NCBI GenBank assembly: GCA_963848305.1
Contig: CAWKDC010000001.1
Location: 1,512,622-1,576,621, forward strand
Length of the DNA stretch: 64,000 bases
Direction of reading: 5' to 3'
Origin: an uncultured Gammaproteobacteria bacterium
GTDB taxonomy: Bacteria; Pseudomonadota; Gammaproteobacteria; JABCZS01
Part shown: positions 19,661 to 31,279 of the stretch, piece by piece
Position numbering within the stretch: the stretch's first letter is position 1
Layout: each line of letters opens with the position of its first letter
Notes under the pieces: generated by a model
Databases searched by the model: none
What the model saw: only the letters and a program-made list of their open reading frames with translations
Told to the model about the DNA's origin: nothing
Made by a program: the position numbers and the translations under genes

Positions 19661-20428
19661 CTAAAATTGATACGCCACCGTGACCATCAATGCATTGGTG
19701 CTCACACGTTCTGGCTCGCCTTGGGCGGTAAATGTGATGTCTTTCGCAACATTTCCTCCGGACGTGCTGAATGAGCGCCAATCACCATTGTAAGCCGTGT
19801 ATTGGTACTCAATCCCAGCGATCAGGTGCTTGGAGTATATATGCGACAGTCCTGCGCCGGCAGTCACCCCTAATTGATAGCGAGATTGTTGATCTTCATC
19901 TTCTGCCAGGGCATTCTGCGTCCCATACTCGAGAGCCTGGGTCTTGAGAGAGGTCTCGAAATGCCCCCAACGTGGGCCGACCAGTGCATAAACCATGGTT
20001 TGTCCCAATGCGTAACCGGGTTTGAACAGGACAGCGAAGTCATTTTTCAATTGGGTTTTCATGCTACTAGAGAGTACGATCTGGTGCGCATTGCTTGTTC
20101 CGCCTCCAATAGAAGCTCTATTGTCGAATGTCATGAGATTATAGTTCGCTGTGATGGCTGCGCCCAATACCAAGCCCGGGTTGAATTGATAAGCGTAGAC
20201 AAGGCCGAGCATGCCCGCCACATTGCCTTGAAAAATGGTTTCTTTATTTGCGTAGTTGAGTGGGATAGTGTCTACTGTGCCTTGCCCCTCTTGGGACAAG
20301 GTTGCCTCTCCGGCGATACCCCCCAAGCCGGCCATGATGCTAAAGCCTGTGAAAGGGGCTGGCATGTGCTGTTCAGCAGATGCCATTACCGCAATGGAGG
20401 AGAGCAGCAATATGGGCAAGTGTTTCAT
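19661..20428 (-). CDS. Outer-membrane beta-barrel protein
   Basis: Signal peptide, FTGFSI, FKPGY, GIEYQYT, terminal aromatic AYQF. Confidence 0.85.
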   Translation of the reverse strand: MKHLPILLLSSIAVMASAEQHMPAPFTGFSIMAGLGGIAGEATLSQEGQGTVDTIPLNYANKETIFQGNVAGMLGLVYAYQFNPGLVLGAAITANYNLMTFDNRASIGGGTSNAHQIVLSSSMKTQLKNDFAVLFKPGYALGQTMVYALVGPRWGHFETSLKTQALEYGTQNALAEDEDQQSRYQLGVTAGAGLSHIYSKHLIAGIEYQYTAYNGDWRSFSTSGGNVAKDITFTAQGEPERVSTNALMVTVAYQF

Positions 20429-20512
20429 GAGGTCATCCTTGATCTATATAAGACTTTTATGATGTTAGACGAGATTTGGGGAGAATGTCAAAAAGGCGTG
20501 AAAGTTTTCCCT

Positions 20513-20541
20513 TTGACATTGCCCTCAATCTGAGATATCCT
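20513..20541 (+). promoter_or_regulatory. sigma70-type promoter of the symporter-prfC unit
   Basis: TTGACA (20513-20518), 17 nt, TATCCT. A mirror TTGACA (20491-20486) faces the divergent OMP gene. Confidence 0.6.
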
Positions 20542-20573
20542 GACCCTTGGCTTATTCTACAAGGGGAATTGCC

Positions 20574-21752
20574 GTGCGCCTGATTGTTAAGCTGATTCTA
20601 GGTATTGTTGCCGGCATCGTCATGGGACTGATGGCGCCGACGGAACTCATCCGTGCTGTGGCAACCTTTCAGCACATCTTTGGGCAATTTATCTCATTTA
20701 TCATGCCCTTACTCATTTTTTTCTTTGTCGCCGAAGGGATTGCCAGCTTGAATTACGGTGCCGGTAAAATGCTTACTTGGACCGTTGGCCTGTCGTATGC
20801 TTCCACGCTGGGGGCGGGTGCGTTGGCTGCCTTGGTGGGCCTTGAAATCATTCCTCAAATGCCCTTGGGTGCTTTTTTTGAACCCGTGGATGCGATGGTG
20901 ATTTTACCTTATATAAAGCTGGATATTCCCCCGGTCATGGGGATCCTCACGGCTTTGGTCATGGCGTTTTTGTGGGGCATTGGGGCGGGGCAAATGCAAT
21001 CACCCGTGATGCGTCAAGGGTTGAACGAGGGTAAGCGTATCATTGAAAATACCATCACCCACGTCATGATCCCCTTGCTGCCTTTTTATATTTTTTCACT
21101 CTTCACCGAAATGACGGTGGGCGGCCAAGTCGTCGCGACCCTCGAAACCTTCGGATTGGTGTTGATGGTGGCGGTGGCCTTGCATATTATCTGGTTGGTT
21201 GTGCTTTACGGGATTGCGTGTACTTTAACAGGCGTGGGTTTGTGGAAAGCGCTCAAAAACATGCTGCCGGCTTATTTGACTGCGATTGGTACTATGTCCA
21301 GCGTCGCCACCATCCCTGTGACGTTGCGTCAAACCCTGAAAAATGGCGTGGATGACGACATCGCAAATTTTGTGGTGCCTTTATGCGCCACCATTCACAT
21401 GGCAGGCAGTGCGATCACCATTACCACAGCGTCGATTGCGGTGATGCTGCTTACCAAAGGGGTGGTGCCCGCGTGGACTGAATTATGGCCATTCATCATG
21501 ATGTTGGGTGTCACGACGATTGCCGCGCCCGGCGCCCCTGGCGGTGCTGTGATGGCTGCCTTGGGTTTGTTCACGTCCATTCTCGGTTTCAGTGAAGCCG
21601 CCGTGGGGTTGATGATCACGATTTATATCGCACAAGACAGTTTTGGCACAGCCTGCAATGTGACAGGGGATGGTGCCTTGGCAATGATTGTTCATAAAGT
21701 CATGGCACGCAACGCCGAACCTGAAGAGGCATTGGAAGAAGGCGTTTCATGA
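20574..21752 (+). CDS. Dicarboxylate/amino acid:cation symporter (DAACS)
   Basis: [39 protein letters not shown]; GTG start after AAGGGGA. Confidence 0.92.
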   Translation: MRLIVKLILGIVAGIVMGLMAPTELIRAVATFQHIFGQFISFIMPLLIFFFVAEGIASLNYGAGKMLTWTVGLSYASTLGAGALAALVGLEIIPQMPLGAFFEPVDAMVILPYIKLDIPPVMGILTALVMAFLWGIGAGQMQSPVMRQGLNEGKRIIENTITHVMIPLLPFYIFSLFTEMTVGGQVVATLETFGLVLMVAVALHIIWLVVLYGIACTLTGVGLWKALKNMLPAYLTAIGTMSSVATIPVTLRQTLKNGVDDDIANFVVPLCATIHMAGSAITITTASIAVMLLTKGVVPAWTELWPFIMMLGVTTIAAPGAPGGAVMAALGLFTSILGFSEAAVGLMITIYIAQDSFGTACNVTGDGALAMIVHKVMARNAEPEEALEEGVS

Positions 21753-23321
21753 AAGAACTCGATAGACGTCGCACCTTTGCGATCATTTCTCATCCGGACG
21801 CCGGTAAAACCACCATCACTGAAAAATTATTGTTGTACGGTGGTGCGATCATGTTGGCTGGAACTGTCAAGGGGCGCAAAGCTTCGCGCATGGCAACGTC
21901 CGACTGGTTGGAAATGGAACAGAAACGCGGTATTTCGGTGGCAACATCGGTGATGCAGTTTCCCTACGGTGAATGCTTGTTCAATCTGTTGGACACGCCT
22001 GGTCACGAAGATTTTTCCGAAGACACCTATCGCACCCTGACCGCAGTCGATGCGGCATTGATGGTGATTGACGTGGCAAAAGGGGTAGAAGAGCGCACAG
22101 TGAAACTCATGGAAGTGTGCCGTTTGCGCACAACGCCTATTATCACTTTTATTAATAAATTAGATCGCGAAGGGAAAGAGCCGATTGAATTATTGGATGA
22201 AGTCGAATCCGTACTAAACATCAAATGTGCGCCGATCACGTGGCCGATTGGCATGGGTTCGCGTTTGAAAGGCATTTATCATATCACTCATGATGAAATT
22301 TATTTATACGAGCCTGGCAAAAACAGTGAAATTAAAAAGGCGAAGACGATTAAGGGTCTTGATAGCACCGAATTGGATCGCGTGATTGGCGAGCAAGATG
22401 CGAAAGCGTTTCGCGATGAAATTGAATTGGTGAAAGGGGCATCACATGTATTTGATGAGCATTTGTTTAAAGCCGGTAAAATGACGCCGGTGTTTTTCGG
22501 TTCAGCCTTGAATAATTTCGGGGTAGAATCTTTGCTTGATGCATTTGTCGAATATTCTCCGACACCATTGCCTCGTCCGACAGAAACGCGTGAAGTATCT
22601 CCTGAAGAAGAAGCCTTCACCGGTTTTGTATTTAAAATTCAAGCCAACATGGATCCGCAGCATCGCGATCGCATTGCATTCATGCGCGTGTGTTCTGGGC
22701 GTTATCACAAAGGCATGAAAATGCATCAAGTGAGATTAGGTCGCGATGTGTTGATCAGCCAAGCCCTCACGTTTATGGCGAAAGATCGTACACACATTGA
22801 AGAAGCATATCCGGGTGATATCATTGGCTTGCACAATCATGGCACCATTCAAATCGGTGATACCTTCACGGAAGGCGAAACGTTGAAATTCACGGGCATT
22901 CCGCATTTTGCGCCTGAATTATTCAAACGTGTGGTATTGAAAGATCCGCTCAAACGCAAAGCGCTACAAAAAGGGTTGATGCAATTATCGGAAGAGGGTG
23001 CTGTTCAATTATTCCGCCCATTACGCAACAACGATTTGATTTTAGGTGCAGTGGGCACATTGCAGTTCGATGTGGTTGAAGAGCGCTTAAAGAGTGAATA
23101 TAACGTGGCGTGCACATATGAGCAAGTGATGGTGCATGCAGCCCGTTGGGTATCTTGTCCCGATGACAAAATGATCGGACCAATTCCAAGAAAAAGCCTA
23201 TGAATATTTGGCCCGGGATGGCGCCGATCAACTCACTTATCTGGCTCCATCCCGTGTGAACTTACAGATTGCCATGGAAAAGTGGCCAGCGGTGGTGTTT
23301 GCCGCGACGTGTGAGAAATAG
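21749..23321 (+). CDS. prfC: Peptide chain release factor 3 (apparent frameshift near 23177)
   Basis: [30 protein letters not shown]. The RF3-like C-terminus ([19 protein letters not shown]...EK*) continues in another frame to TAG 23321. Confidence 0.96.
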
Positions 23322-23404
23322 GAATTGTAGGTGATAGGGGATTCGTCCCTACAGTTCATTATGATACAATCTTCCCTTCAATCCATGCACACCCGGGGAA
23401 TACC

Positions 23405-25999
23405 ATGCAAGTCGATGATTTACGAGAGCTATTTCTGTCATATTTCGAACAAAACGGCCATATGCGCCAGCCATCCAGCCCGTTGATACCTGCCAACGAT
23501 CCCACCCTGTTGTTTACCAATGCGGGCATGGTTCAATTCAAGGACGTTTTTTTGGGCAAAGAACAGCGCCCCTTTACCCGCGCCACGACGTCACAACGCT
23601 GCGTTCGAGCTGGCGGAAAACATAATGATTTGGAAAACGTTGGGTATACTGCGCGTCACCACACATTCTTTGAAATGCTGGGGAATTTCAGTTTTGGCGA
23701 TTATTTCAAAAAAGAAGCCATTGCTTATGCCTGGGAATTTTTGACAAAACATTTGCATTTGCCGCCTGAAAAACTGTGGGTCACTGTTTACAAAGAAGAT
23801 CAAGAATCAGAAGACATTTGGTTGAAAGACATGAAGATCGACTCAACGCGTTTTTCCCGCTGCGGTGAAGCGTCCAATTTTTGGGCGATGGGCGATACAG
23901 GCCATTCTGGTCCTTGCACTGAAATTTTTTATGATCATGGTGCAGACATTGCCGGTGGGCCTCCGGGCAGTCCTGATGAAGACGGTGATCGTTACATTGA
24001 AGTCTGGAATTTAGTGTTCATGCAATACAATCGCACCGCCGATGGTGTTTTGCATCCGCTGCCCAAACCTTCTGTAGATACCGGTATGGGATTGGAGCGC
24101 ATTGCAGCTGTGATGCAACATGTGCACAATAATTACGATATTGATATTTTTCAGATCCTGATCAAAGATGCAGCAAACCTATTGCACGTAACTGATGTAA
24201 CAGATAAATCCTTGCGCGTGATCGCCGATCATATTCGCGCCTGTAGCTTCTTGATCATGGATGGTGTGCGTCCATCAAATGAAGGCCGCGGTTATGTGTT
24301 GCGTCGTATCATTCGCCGTGCTGTGCGGCATGGACATCATTTGGGTGCCACACAACCCTTCTTTTATCAACTCGTGAAAAGTTTGGTGAAGGCCATGGGG
24401 AAAGCGTACCCTGAATTATCACGCGATCAAGCTGTGATTGAAAAAGTGTTGAAACAAGAGGAAGAACAATTTTCACGCACACTGGCACAAGGCATGAAAT
24501 TGCTTGATGAGGTATTACAATCAATGTCAGGAATAATCATCCCCGGTGATGTTGTGTTTAAATTGTATGACACTTATGGTTTCCCCGTTGATCTCACGCA
24601 AGACATTGCGCGTGAAAAAGGCTTAACGGTGGACATGACTGCTTTCGAATTACACATGCAACAGCAGAAGGAACGCTCATCCGCTGCCAGTCAATTTGAG
24701 ATGGATCACCGTGCGCAGTTGTCTATCGAAGGCCACAATGAATTCACGGGTTACGAGCATCTTCAAGACGATGGTAAAGTCATTGGCATTTTTGTGAATG
24801 GCCAGCCGGCTCAAACGCTAAAGGAAAATGAAGCAGGGATGATTGTGCTCGACAAAACACCTTTTTATGCTGCTTCAGGTGGTCAGGTAGGGGATATCGG
24901 ACACATTGACAACGCCACTGCTTTTTTCGATGTGAAAGACACGGTGAAGCAACAGAAAATGCATGTGCATGTGGGTGTCTTGCAGAAAGGTAAATTGTCT
25001 GTAGGCGACCAGGTCAGCGCAACCGTTGATAAAAACACCCGCGATGCGATTGTGCTGAATCATTCGGCCACGCATTTGTTGCATGCCGCATTGCGTCACA
25101 TTTTGGGTCCACATGTTGTTCAAAAAGGATCCTTGGTCGCCAATGATAAATTGCGTTTCGATTTCGCGCACAATGAATCACTGACGCGTGATGAATGGGT
25201 GGCGGTCGAGCAATTGGTCAACCAAAAAATTCGTGAGGATGCGCCGTCTCATCTCGACGTGATGGATATGCAATCTGCGATGAAAAGCGGTGCCATGGCG
25301 TTGTTTGGTGAAAAGTATGACGACAAGGTGCGTGTGCTTGAAATGGCAAACGGTTTTTCAAAAGAACTGTGTGGTGGAACACATGTCTCGCGCACCGGTG
25401 AAATTGGATTTTTCAAAATCGTGAGTGAAGCGGGTATTTCAGCCGGCGTCCGACGCATTGAGGCGCTCACCGGTCAGGCCGCGTTGGATTATGTGGCCTC
25501 ACAAGAAAATGATTTATTATCTTTGTCTGCATTACTTAAAACCTCACGCGATGGTTTGTACGATAAAACGCAACAACTCATGGATAGGAATAAAGACCTG
25601 GAGCGTGATCTTCGTGCGTTGAAACAAAAGCTTTTGGCCGCGCAAGGAGACGATGCACTGTCTCAAGCAGTGTCTATCGGTGACATGAAGATCCTGACAA
25701 TGGAAGTGACCGACGTTGATGCAAAGGGTTTAAGGGATGCGATCGATGTTTGGCGTCACAAGATCAAAAAGGGAGTCGTCGTGCTCGCGCAGGTTCAGGA
25801 AAATAAAGTAAACTTAATTGTGGGTGTTACGCCAGATTGCGCTAAACTTTATCCTGCCGGTGCATTGGTGAAGTTTTTGGCACAGCAGTTGGATGGGCAA
25901 GGTGGCGGTCGCGATGATTTGGCTCAAGGCGGCGGTGCCGCTGACGATCGACTCGCGGGTGTGTTGAAAAGTGCGGTTGATTGGGTGAGGGATCGTTAA
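23405..25999 (+). CDS. alaS: Alanine--tRNA ligase
   Basis: DPTLLFTNAGMVQFK, HHTFFEMLGNFSFGDYFK, NHSATHLLH, ELCGGTHV. Confidence 0.98.
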   Translation: MQVDDLRELFLSYFEQNGHMRQPSSPLIPANDPTLLFTNAGMVQFKDVFLGKEQRPFTRATTSQRCVRAGGKHNDLENVGYTARHHTFFEMLGNFSFGDYFKKEAIAYAWEFLTKHLHLPPEKLWVTVYKEDQESEDIWLKDMKIDSTRFSRCGEASNFWAMGDTGHSGPCTEIFYDHGADIAGGPPGSPDEDGDRYIEVWNLVFMQYNRTADGVLHPLPKPSVDTGMGLERIAAVMQHVHNNYDIDIFQILIKDAANLLHVTDVTDKSLRVIADHIRACSFLIMDGVRPSNEGRGYVLRRIIRRAVRHGHHLGATQPFFYQLVKSLVKAMGKAYPELSRDQAVIEKVLKQEEEQFSRTLAQGMKLLDEVLQSMSGIIIPGDVVFKLYDTYGFPVDLTQDIAREKGLTVDMTAFELHMQQQKERSSAASQFEMDHRAQLSIEGHNEFTGYEHLQDDGKVIGIFVNGQPAQTLKENEAGMIVLDKTPFYAASGGQVGDIGHIDNATAFFDVKDTVKQQKMHVHVGVLQKGKLSVGDQVSATVDKNTRDAIVLNHSATHLLHAALRHILGPHVVQKGSLVANDKLRFDFAHNESLTRDEWVAVEQLVNQKIREDAPSHLDVMDMQSAMKSGAMALFGEKYDDKVRVLEMANGFSKELCGGTHVSRTGEIGFFKIVSEAGISAGVRRIEALTGQAALDYVASQENDLLSLSALLKTSRDGLYDKTQQLMDRNKDLERDLRALKQKLLAAQGDDALSQAVSIGDMKILTMEVTDVDAKGLRDAIDVWRHKIKKGVVVLAQVQENKVNLIVGVTPDCAKLYPAGALVKFLAQQLDGQGGGRDDLAQGGGAADDRLAGVLKSAVDWVRDR

Positions 26000-26011
26000 T
26001 GGGTTCCAGAT

Positions 26012-26038
26012 AAATGTATGCACTGCGTGCATACATTT
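26012..26038. terminator. Hairpin after alaS (terminator or REP remnant)
   Basis: AAATGTATGCAC-TGC-GTGCATACATTT perfect 12-bp stem; the flanks resemble the 4320-4355 element. Confidence 0.5.
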
Positions 26039-26091
26039 TCCGGGATGCGTTCAAATCATGCTCCGCATGATTTTCACTGACGGTGATATGA

Positions 26092-27348
26092 ATGGGCATA
26101 CTTGTCAAAAAATTCGGCGGCACCTCGGTTGCCACCATAGAACGCATTGAAGCTTGTGCGGACATTGTCGCGCGCAGCGCAAAGGATCGTCCTGTGGTTG
26201 TCGTGGTTTCCGCCATGGCTGGTGAAACAGATCGTCTGCTGAATATGGCGAAAGCAATATCCCCTGACCCCGATCCCCGCGAAACAGACATGTTGCTCGT
26301 CACGGGAGAGCAAGTGACGATAGCACTATTATCGATTGCGCTCCACAAACGCGGCGTACAGGCGCGTTCACTGACCGGTGATCAAATTCCAATCCGAACG
26401 AGCCCCATTCACACCAAGGCACGTATTGAATTTATCGACAGCGAACGACTTCACCAATATATCCGTGCAGGCGAAGTGTTGGTGATTGCGGGTTTTCAAG
26501 GTGTCACAGAAGACGGCGAAAAAACAACGTTAGGGCGTGGCGGTTCAGATACATCAGCAGTGGCAATCGCAGCCGCTTTGAATGCGGATGAATGCGAAAT
26601 TTACACAGACGTGCGGGGTGTTTATACAACAGATCCACGTGTGGAACCTGCCGCACGATTAATGCGCCATGTCACTTTTGAAGAAATGTTGGAAATGGCG
26701 TCGTTGGGTGCGAAAGTATTACAAATCCGCGCAGTTGAATTTGCCGGCCGTTATAAAATTCCCTTGCGCGTGCGATCCACATTCGATCCCACTGATGAAG
26801 GCACCCTAATTACTCTAGAGGAAAACAAAATGGAATATGTCACGATTTCTGGTATTGCATTTAGCCGCGATGAAGCTAAGCTTACTGTGGTGGGTATTCC
26901 TGATGAACCCGGTGTGGCTGCATCATTGCTCAGTCCTATCACAGAAGCGAACATTGATGTTGATATGATTGTGCAAAATGCACCTCATCAGGGACGGACG
27001 GATTTTACATTCACCATTCATCGCAATGATTATGAAAAAGCATTGCAACTGTTGAAGAAAAATGCGCAAGCATTGGGTGCAGTAAGCGTGGATGGCAACC
27101 CGCGCATTGCCAAAATCTCCCTGGTGGGGGTGGGCATGCGATCACATGCAGGGGTGGCCAGTCGGATGTTTACAACCTTGGCAAGGGAGAATATCAATAT
27201 AATTATGGTAACTACCTCAGAGATTAAAATATCGGTAGGGGTAGATGAGAAGTACCTAGAGCTGGGTGTTAGAGCCCTGCATGCAGAGTTCCAGTTGGAT
27301 AAGGAACCGACCGAAGAAACAATTTCTGGCCACATTTTTCAAAAATGA
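26092..27348 (+). CDS. lysC: Aspartate kinase
   Basis: KFGGTSV, TTLGRGGSDTSA, ACT domains; alaS-lysC-csrA synteny. Confidence 0.96.
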   Translation: MGILVKKFGGTSVATIERIEACADIVARSAKDRPVVVVVSAMAGETDRLLNMAKAISPDPDPRETDMLLVTGEQVTIALLSIALHKRGVQARSLTGDQIPIRTSPIHTKARIEFIDSERLHQYIRAGEVLVIAGFQGVTEDGEKTTLGRGGSDTSAVAIAAALNADECEIYTDVRGVYTTDPRVEPAARLMRHVTFEEMLEMASLGAKVLQIRAVEFAGRYKIPLRVRSTFDPTDEGTLITLEENKMEYVTISGIAFSRDEAKLTVVGIPDEPGVAASLLSPITEANIDVDMIVQNAPHQGRTDFTFTIHRNDYEKALQLLKKNAQALGAVSVDGNPRIAKISLVGVGMRSHAGVASRMFTTLARENINIIMVTTSEIKISVGVDEKYLELGVRALHAEFQLDKEPTEETISGHIFQK

Positions 27349-27462
27349 GTTATACTCTAAACATTAGATAATGATTGACGAATTCTGGGCACTCTGTCGT
27401 CCAAAAAAAGACAGGGGCCGGTAGAGGGAGAGTCAATAATATAAATTATTAAGGAGATTGAC

Positions 27463-27666
27463 ATGTTAATTCTGACCCGTCGCGTCGGCGAAACCCTTAT
27501 GGTGGGTGATGAGGTGAGCATCACTGTACTTGGGGTGAAAGGAAATCAAGTCCGTTTGGGTGTGGATGCCCCCAAAACGATCGCCGTTCACCGCGAGGAA
27601 ATCTACGCGCGGATCCAACAAGAGAAAAATGGCGGGCAGAGTACTGACGCTGAAGGCAATGAATAA
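27463..27666 (+). CDS. csrA: Carbon storage regulator CsrA
   Basis: [16 protein letters not shown]...[19 protein letters not shown]. Confidence 0.98.
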   Translation: MLILTRRVGETLMVGDEVSITVLGVKGNQVRLGVDAPKTIAVHREEIYARIQQEKNGGQSTDAEGNE

Positions 27667-27727
27667 GCCCGTTTGCCCTTTTATATGCTAATATGCCTCC
27701 TCAGCTGATTGTTGAGGAGTTCATATC

Positions 27728-28429
27728 ATGTTGCTGCAACGTTTCTCTATAGCCACCCTGTCTATCGTTTTTCTGTGCTCACCTGCATTCGCGTCTGATT
27801 CGGCTGGCGTGTGTGACCCTGCCCGCAAACCCTTTCTGGTTAAAAAGATCACTGCAGAGAAGATTGCTGAGGGATTGACAGGCATGCCTCCCATGGCAGT
27901 TGGTTTTGATGTCGATGAAACCATCTTGTTTTCAAGCCCTGTCTTTTATCACCTGTCCCAGACCTTGCCTGATTGCGAGGGGATGCTGGAGGGGTGCAGT
28001 GTTCAGCCAGGCTATTGGGAGCAGGCCAACACATTAGATACCTTCAGCTTGCCTAAACCTGTTGGCGTTGAATTGGCCAAAATGCACATTGCACGTGGCG
28101 ATGAAGTGTATTTCATCACCGCACGGACGGGCACTGACAATGAAACCTTGTCACAAGTGTTGCGCGATTTATTGGATGATCAAACCCTGGCGGATGTTGT
28201 GTTTGTGGGCTACGTGCCCGGTACCAATCCCAAAATTGAAGCCATTCAAGAACGCAATATCCAGATATATTACGGGGATTCTGATGGCGATATGAGGGCT
28301 GCTTATGCCCAAGAACCGCCCATCACCGGCTACCGCATGTTACGCTCAGAAAATACGCTGGAAAATATTTATGGTGTGCCTACACCGGGGATCTGTGGGG
28401 AGAGGGTGGTGAAGGGTTCAGATTTGTAG
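27728..28429 (+). CDS. aphA: Class B acid phosphatase (AphA-like, HAD superfamily), exported
   Basis: Signal peptide; AVGFDVDETILFSSP, YFITAR, YYGDSDGD. Confidence 0.8.
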   Translation: MLLQRFSIATLSIVFLCSPAFASDSAGVCDPARKPFLVKKITAEKIAEGLTGMPPMAVGFDVDETILFSSPVFYHLSQTLPDCEGMLEGCSVQPGYWEQANTLDTFSLPKPVGVELAKMHIARGDEVYFITARTGTDNETLSQVLRDLLDDQTLADVVFVGYVPGTNPKIEAIQERNIQIYYGDSDGDMRAAYAQEPPITGYRMLRSENTLENIYGVPTPGICGERVVKGSDL

Positions 28430-28434
28430 ATACT

Positions 28435-28488
28435 GTAAGGGCGCATAGGCCCCCGCTTTCGCGGGGGTAAACTCCGTATCCGCCCTAC
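28435..28488. repeat. GTAG REP with nested CCCCGCTTTCGCGGGG palindrome
   Basis: GTAAGGGCGCATAGG-CCCCCGCTTTCGCGGGGG-TAAACTCCGTATCCGCCCTAC; includes the yhbY stop. Confidence 0.7.
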
Positions 28489-28760
28489 AGTGCCCGTGCC
28501 TTAAAAAGCACCACCACATTCCCCACACGTTGCACCTTTCCAGCGCCATGGGTGGCACAGATTGCTTCAATCATGGCATCACGGGCGTCGTGGTCAGTGC
28601 CGGGGAGTCGGACTTTTATCAATTCGTGATCAAACAGGGCACGGGCAATTTCCGCATGAACGGATTCGGTGAGCCCCTTGCCGCCAATCATGACGACAGG
28701 TTTCAGTTGGTGAGCCTTGGCTTTGAGGACTTGGCGTTCGGATTGTGTTAAAGTATTCAT
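28485..28760 (-). CDS. yhbY: RNA-binding protein YhbY
   Basis: LKAKAHQLKPVVMIGGKGLT...HELIKV; divergent from rlmE. Confidence 0.93.
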   Translation of the reverse strand: MNTLTQSERQVLKAKAHQLKPVVMIGGKGLTESVHAEIARALFDHELIKVRLPGTDHDARDAMIEAICATHGAGKVQRVGNVVVLFKARAL

Positions 28761-28789
28761 CCGCGCATTGTAACACACTCGGAGCCCAA

Positions 28790-29416
28790 ATGACTCGTCC
28801 TAAATCCACCAAGTGGATTCATGAACACATCAACGATCCATATGTCAAACAAGCCCAAAAGGATGGCTATCGTTCCCGTGCGGCCTATAAGATCAAAGAA
28901 ATTCAAGAAAAACATAAGCTTATAAAACCAGGCATGATCGTCATTGACTTGGGCGCTGCGCCGGGCAGTTGGAGCGAATTGGTTGTGAACTGGGTGGGTA
29001 AAAATGGCAAGGTATATGCCCTTGATTTATTACCCATTGCCCCCATTTCAGGGGTAGAATGTATTCAGGGAGATGTTCAAGATCCTGCCGTTGTGGCCGA
29101 TCTTAAAGATCGCATGGCCGGAAAACTGGCAGATGTCGTGTTATCTGACATTGCACCCAATATTTCCGGTAATGCCAGTGTAGATGCATCGCGGTCTGCG
29201 TACTTGTGGGATATGTCTCTCGACGTCGCAGACACATTTTTAAAGGAAGGCGGTGCGTTTTGCATCAAGGTTTTCCAGGGGGCTGGGTTTGAGGCGTTTT
29301 TAAAAAAGCTTCGGCAGCAATTTACAACAGTCTATATTTATAAACCTAAGGCTTCTAGACCGAAATCAAGTGAGGTTTATTTAGTGTGTAAGGGCGCATG
29401 CTTGCGCCCGAAGTGA
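28790..29416 (+). CDS. rlmE: 23S rRNA Um2552 methyltransferase
   Basis: [35 protein letters not shown]. Confidence 0.96.
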   Translation: MTRPKSTKWIHEHINDPYVKQAQKDGYRSRAAYKIKEIQEKHKLIKPGMIVIDLGAAPGSWSELVVNWVGKNGKVYALDLLPIAPISGVECIQGDVQDPAVVADLKDRMAGKLADVVLSDIAPNISGNASVDASRSAYLWDMSLDVADTFLKEGGAFCIKVFQGAGFEAFLKKLRQQFTTVYIYKPKASRPKSSEVYLVCKGACLRPK

Positions 29417-29427
29417 AGGAGTGCACC

Positions 29428-31230
29428 TTGAACGATATCGTTAAAAATCTTTTCCTGTGGCTTATCATCGCAGCGGTGTTGATGTCCGTGTTCAGTAATT
29501 TCGGGCAACGCGGTGGTGCACAAACACGCTACGATTATTCTCAGTTTTTAACCATGGTCAATCAGGGCGAAGTGAAACAAGTCGTTATTGATGGACGCGC
29601 TATTCAGGGCGTGACACGCAGTGATCAGCGTTTTACCACGTATATGCCAATGGAAGACACGGGCCTCATCAGCGATTTACTGAAAAATGATGTGGCGATA
29701 GAAGGCAAGCCACCCGAGCAAACCAGTTTCTTGATGCAAATCTTTTTGAATTGGTTCCCCATTTTATTATTTATTGGTGTGTGGATTTTCTTCATGCGTC
29801 AAATGCAAGGCGGCGGTCGCGGGGGTGCGATGTCCTTCGGTAAAAGCCGTGCACGATTACTCGGTGAAAATGAAGTGAAAGTCACGTTTGCGGATGTCGC
29901 TGGTGCGGATGAAGCCAAAGAAGAAGTGACTGAGCTTGTCGATTTCTTGAAAGATCCCGCTAAATTTCAAAGTATCGGTGGTCGTATTCCGCGTGGTGTG
30001 TTGATGGTGGGTTCACCCGGTACGGGTAAAACATTGTTGGCCCGTGCGATTGCGGGAGAAGCTGGTGTGCCTTTCTTCACCATTTCAGGTTCCGATTTTG
30101 TGGAAATGTTTGTTGGTGTTGGTGCTTCTCGTGTGCGTGATATGTTCGAGCAAGCAAAAAAACAAGCGCCTTGTATTATTTTCATCGATGAAATTGATGC
30201 AGTGGGTCGCCATCGTGGCGCCGGTTTGGGCGGCGGTCATGATGAACGCGAGCAAACCCTCAATCAATTATTGGTTGAAATGGATGGCTTCTCAGGCAGC
30301 GAAGGGGTGATCGTGATCGCCGCTACCAACCGTCCTGACGTGCTTGATCCTGCGCTCTTGCGTCCCGGTCGTTTCGATCGACAAGTTGTCGTGCCATTGC
30401 CTGATATCAAAGGCCGCGAAGCAATTTTGAATGTGCACCTCAAAAAAGTCACAACAGATGGTTCCATCAATGCAGAAGTGATAGCCCGTGGCACGCCTGG
30501 TTTTTCAGGCGCAGATTTGGCAAACCTGGTCAATGAAGCGGCGCTCATGGCTGCTCGAAATGGCAAACAAACTGTGTCGATGAAAGAATTAGACATGGCA
30601 AAAGATAAAATCATGATGGGTGCAGAACGACGCTCCATGGTGATGACAGAGTCCGAGAAAAAATTAACGGCTTATCACGAAGCAGGCCATACGATTGTTG
30701 GTCGTTTGGTGCCTGAACATGATCCTGTTTACAAAGTCACGATCATTCCGCGTGGCCGTGCATTGGGTGTGACCATGCATTTACCTGAACAAGATCGTTA
30801 CAGTTATTCTAAACAACGGCTGAAGAGCCAAATTGCGTCACTTTTTGGGGGTCGCATTGCCGAAGAATTGATTTTTGGTAAAGACGCCATCACGACGGGC
30901 GCTTCCAACGACATTGAAAAAGCGACTGAATTAGCACGCAACATGGTCACGAAATGGGGTTTATCTGACAAGATGGGGCCGATTGCGTATGGTCAAGATG
31001 ACGGTGAGGTTTTCCTAGGACATTCCGTCACGAAACATAAAGAAATGTCACAAGAAACGGCTCGTGCGATTGATGCGGAAATTCGTGCGTTGATCGATGA
31101 AAATTACAACATCGCTTACAATATCCTGAAAACCCACTTGGATACGCTCCACAAAATGGCTGCCGCGTTGATTGAACAAGAAACGTTAAACGCCGAACAA
31201 ATCCAAGCGATTATGGATAATAGGGCGTAG
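29428..31230 (+). CDS. ftsH: ATP-dependent zinc metalloprotease FtsH
   Basis: [24 protein letters not shown]; TTG start after AAGGAG. Confidence 0.98.
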   Translation: MNDIVKNLFLWLIIAAVLMSVFSNFGQRGGAQTRYDYSQFLTMVNQGEVKQVVIDGRAIQGVTRSDQRFTTYMPMEDTGLISDLLKNDVAIEGKPPEQTSFLMQIFLNWFPILLFIGVWIFFMRQMQGGGRGGAMSFGKSRARLLGENEVKVTFADVAGADEAKEEVTELVDFLKDPAKFQSIGGRIPRGVLMVGSPGTGKTLLARAIAGEAGVPFFTISGSDFVEMFVGVGASRVRDMFEQAKKQAPCIIFIDEIDAVGRHRGAGLGGGHDEREQTLNQLLVEMDGFSGSEGVIVIAATNRPDVLDPALLRPGRFDRQVVVPLPDIKGREAILNVHLKKVTTDGSINAEVIARGTPGFSGADLANLVNEAALMAARNGKQTVSMKELDMAKDKIMMGAERRSMVMTESEKKLTAYHEAGHTIVGRLVPEHDPVYKVTIIPRGRALGVTMHLPEQDRYSYSKQRLKSQIASLFGGRIAEELIFGKDAITTGASNDIEKATELARNMVTKWGLSDKMGPIAYGQDDGEVFLGHSVTKHKEMSQETARAIDAEIRALIDENYNIAYNILKTHLDTLHKMAAALIEQETLNAEQIQAIMDNRA

Positions 31231-31249
31231 GGGGCGCATACTTGCGCCC
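31227..31249 (+). repeat. GTAG REP overlapping the ftsH stop
   Basis: GTAGGGGGCGCATACTTGCGCCC. Confidence 0.75.
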
Positions 31250-31279
31250 ATGCGCGAAGCGCGGGGGATTTATATAACA

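Noticed and set aside
23170-23205. Programmed frameshift in prfC
   Set aside because: Programmed frameshifting is a prfB feature; no slippery site with an internal SD here, and similar indels occur in unrelated genes.
27667-27727. tRNA-Ser/Arg cluster often found after csrA
   Set aside because: The gap is only ~60 nt and has no cloverleaf.
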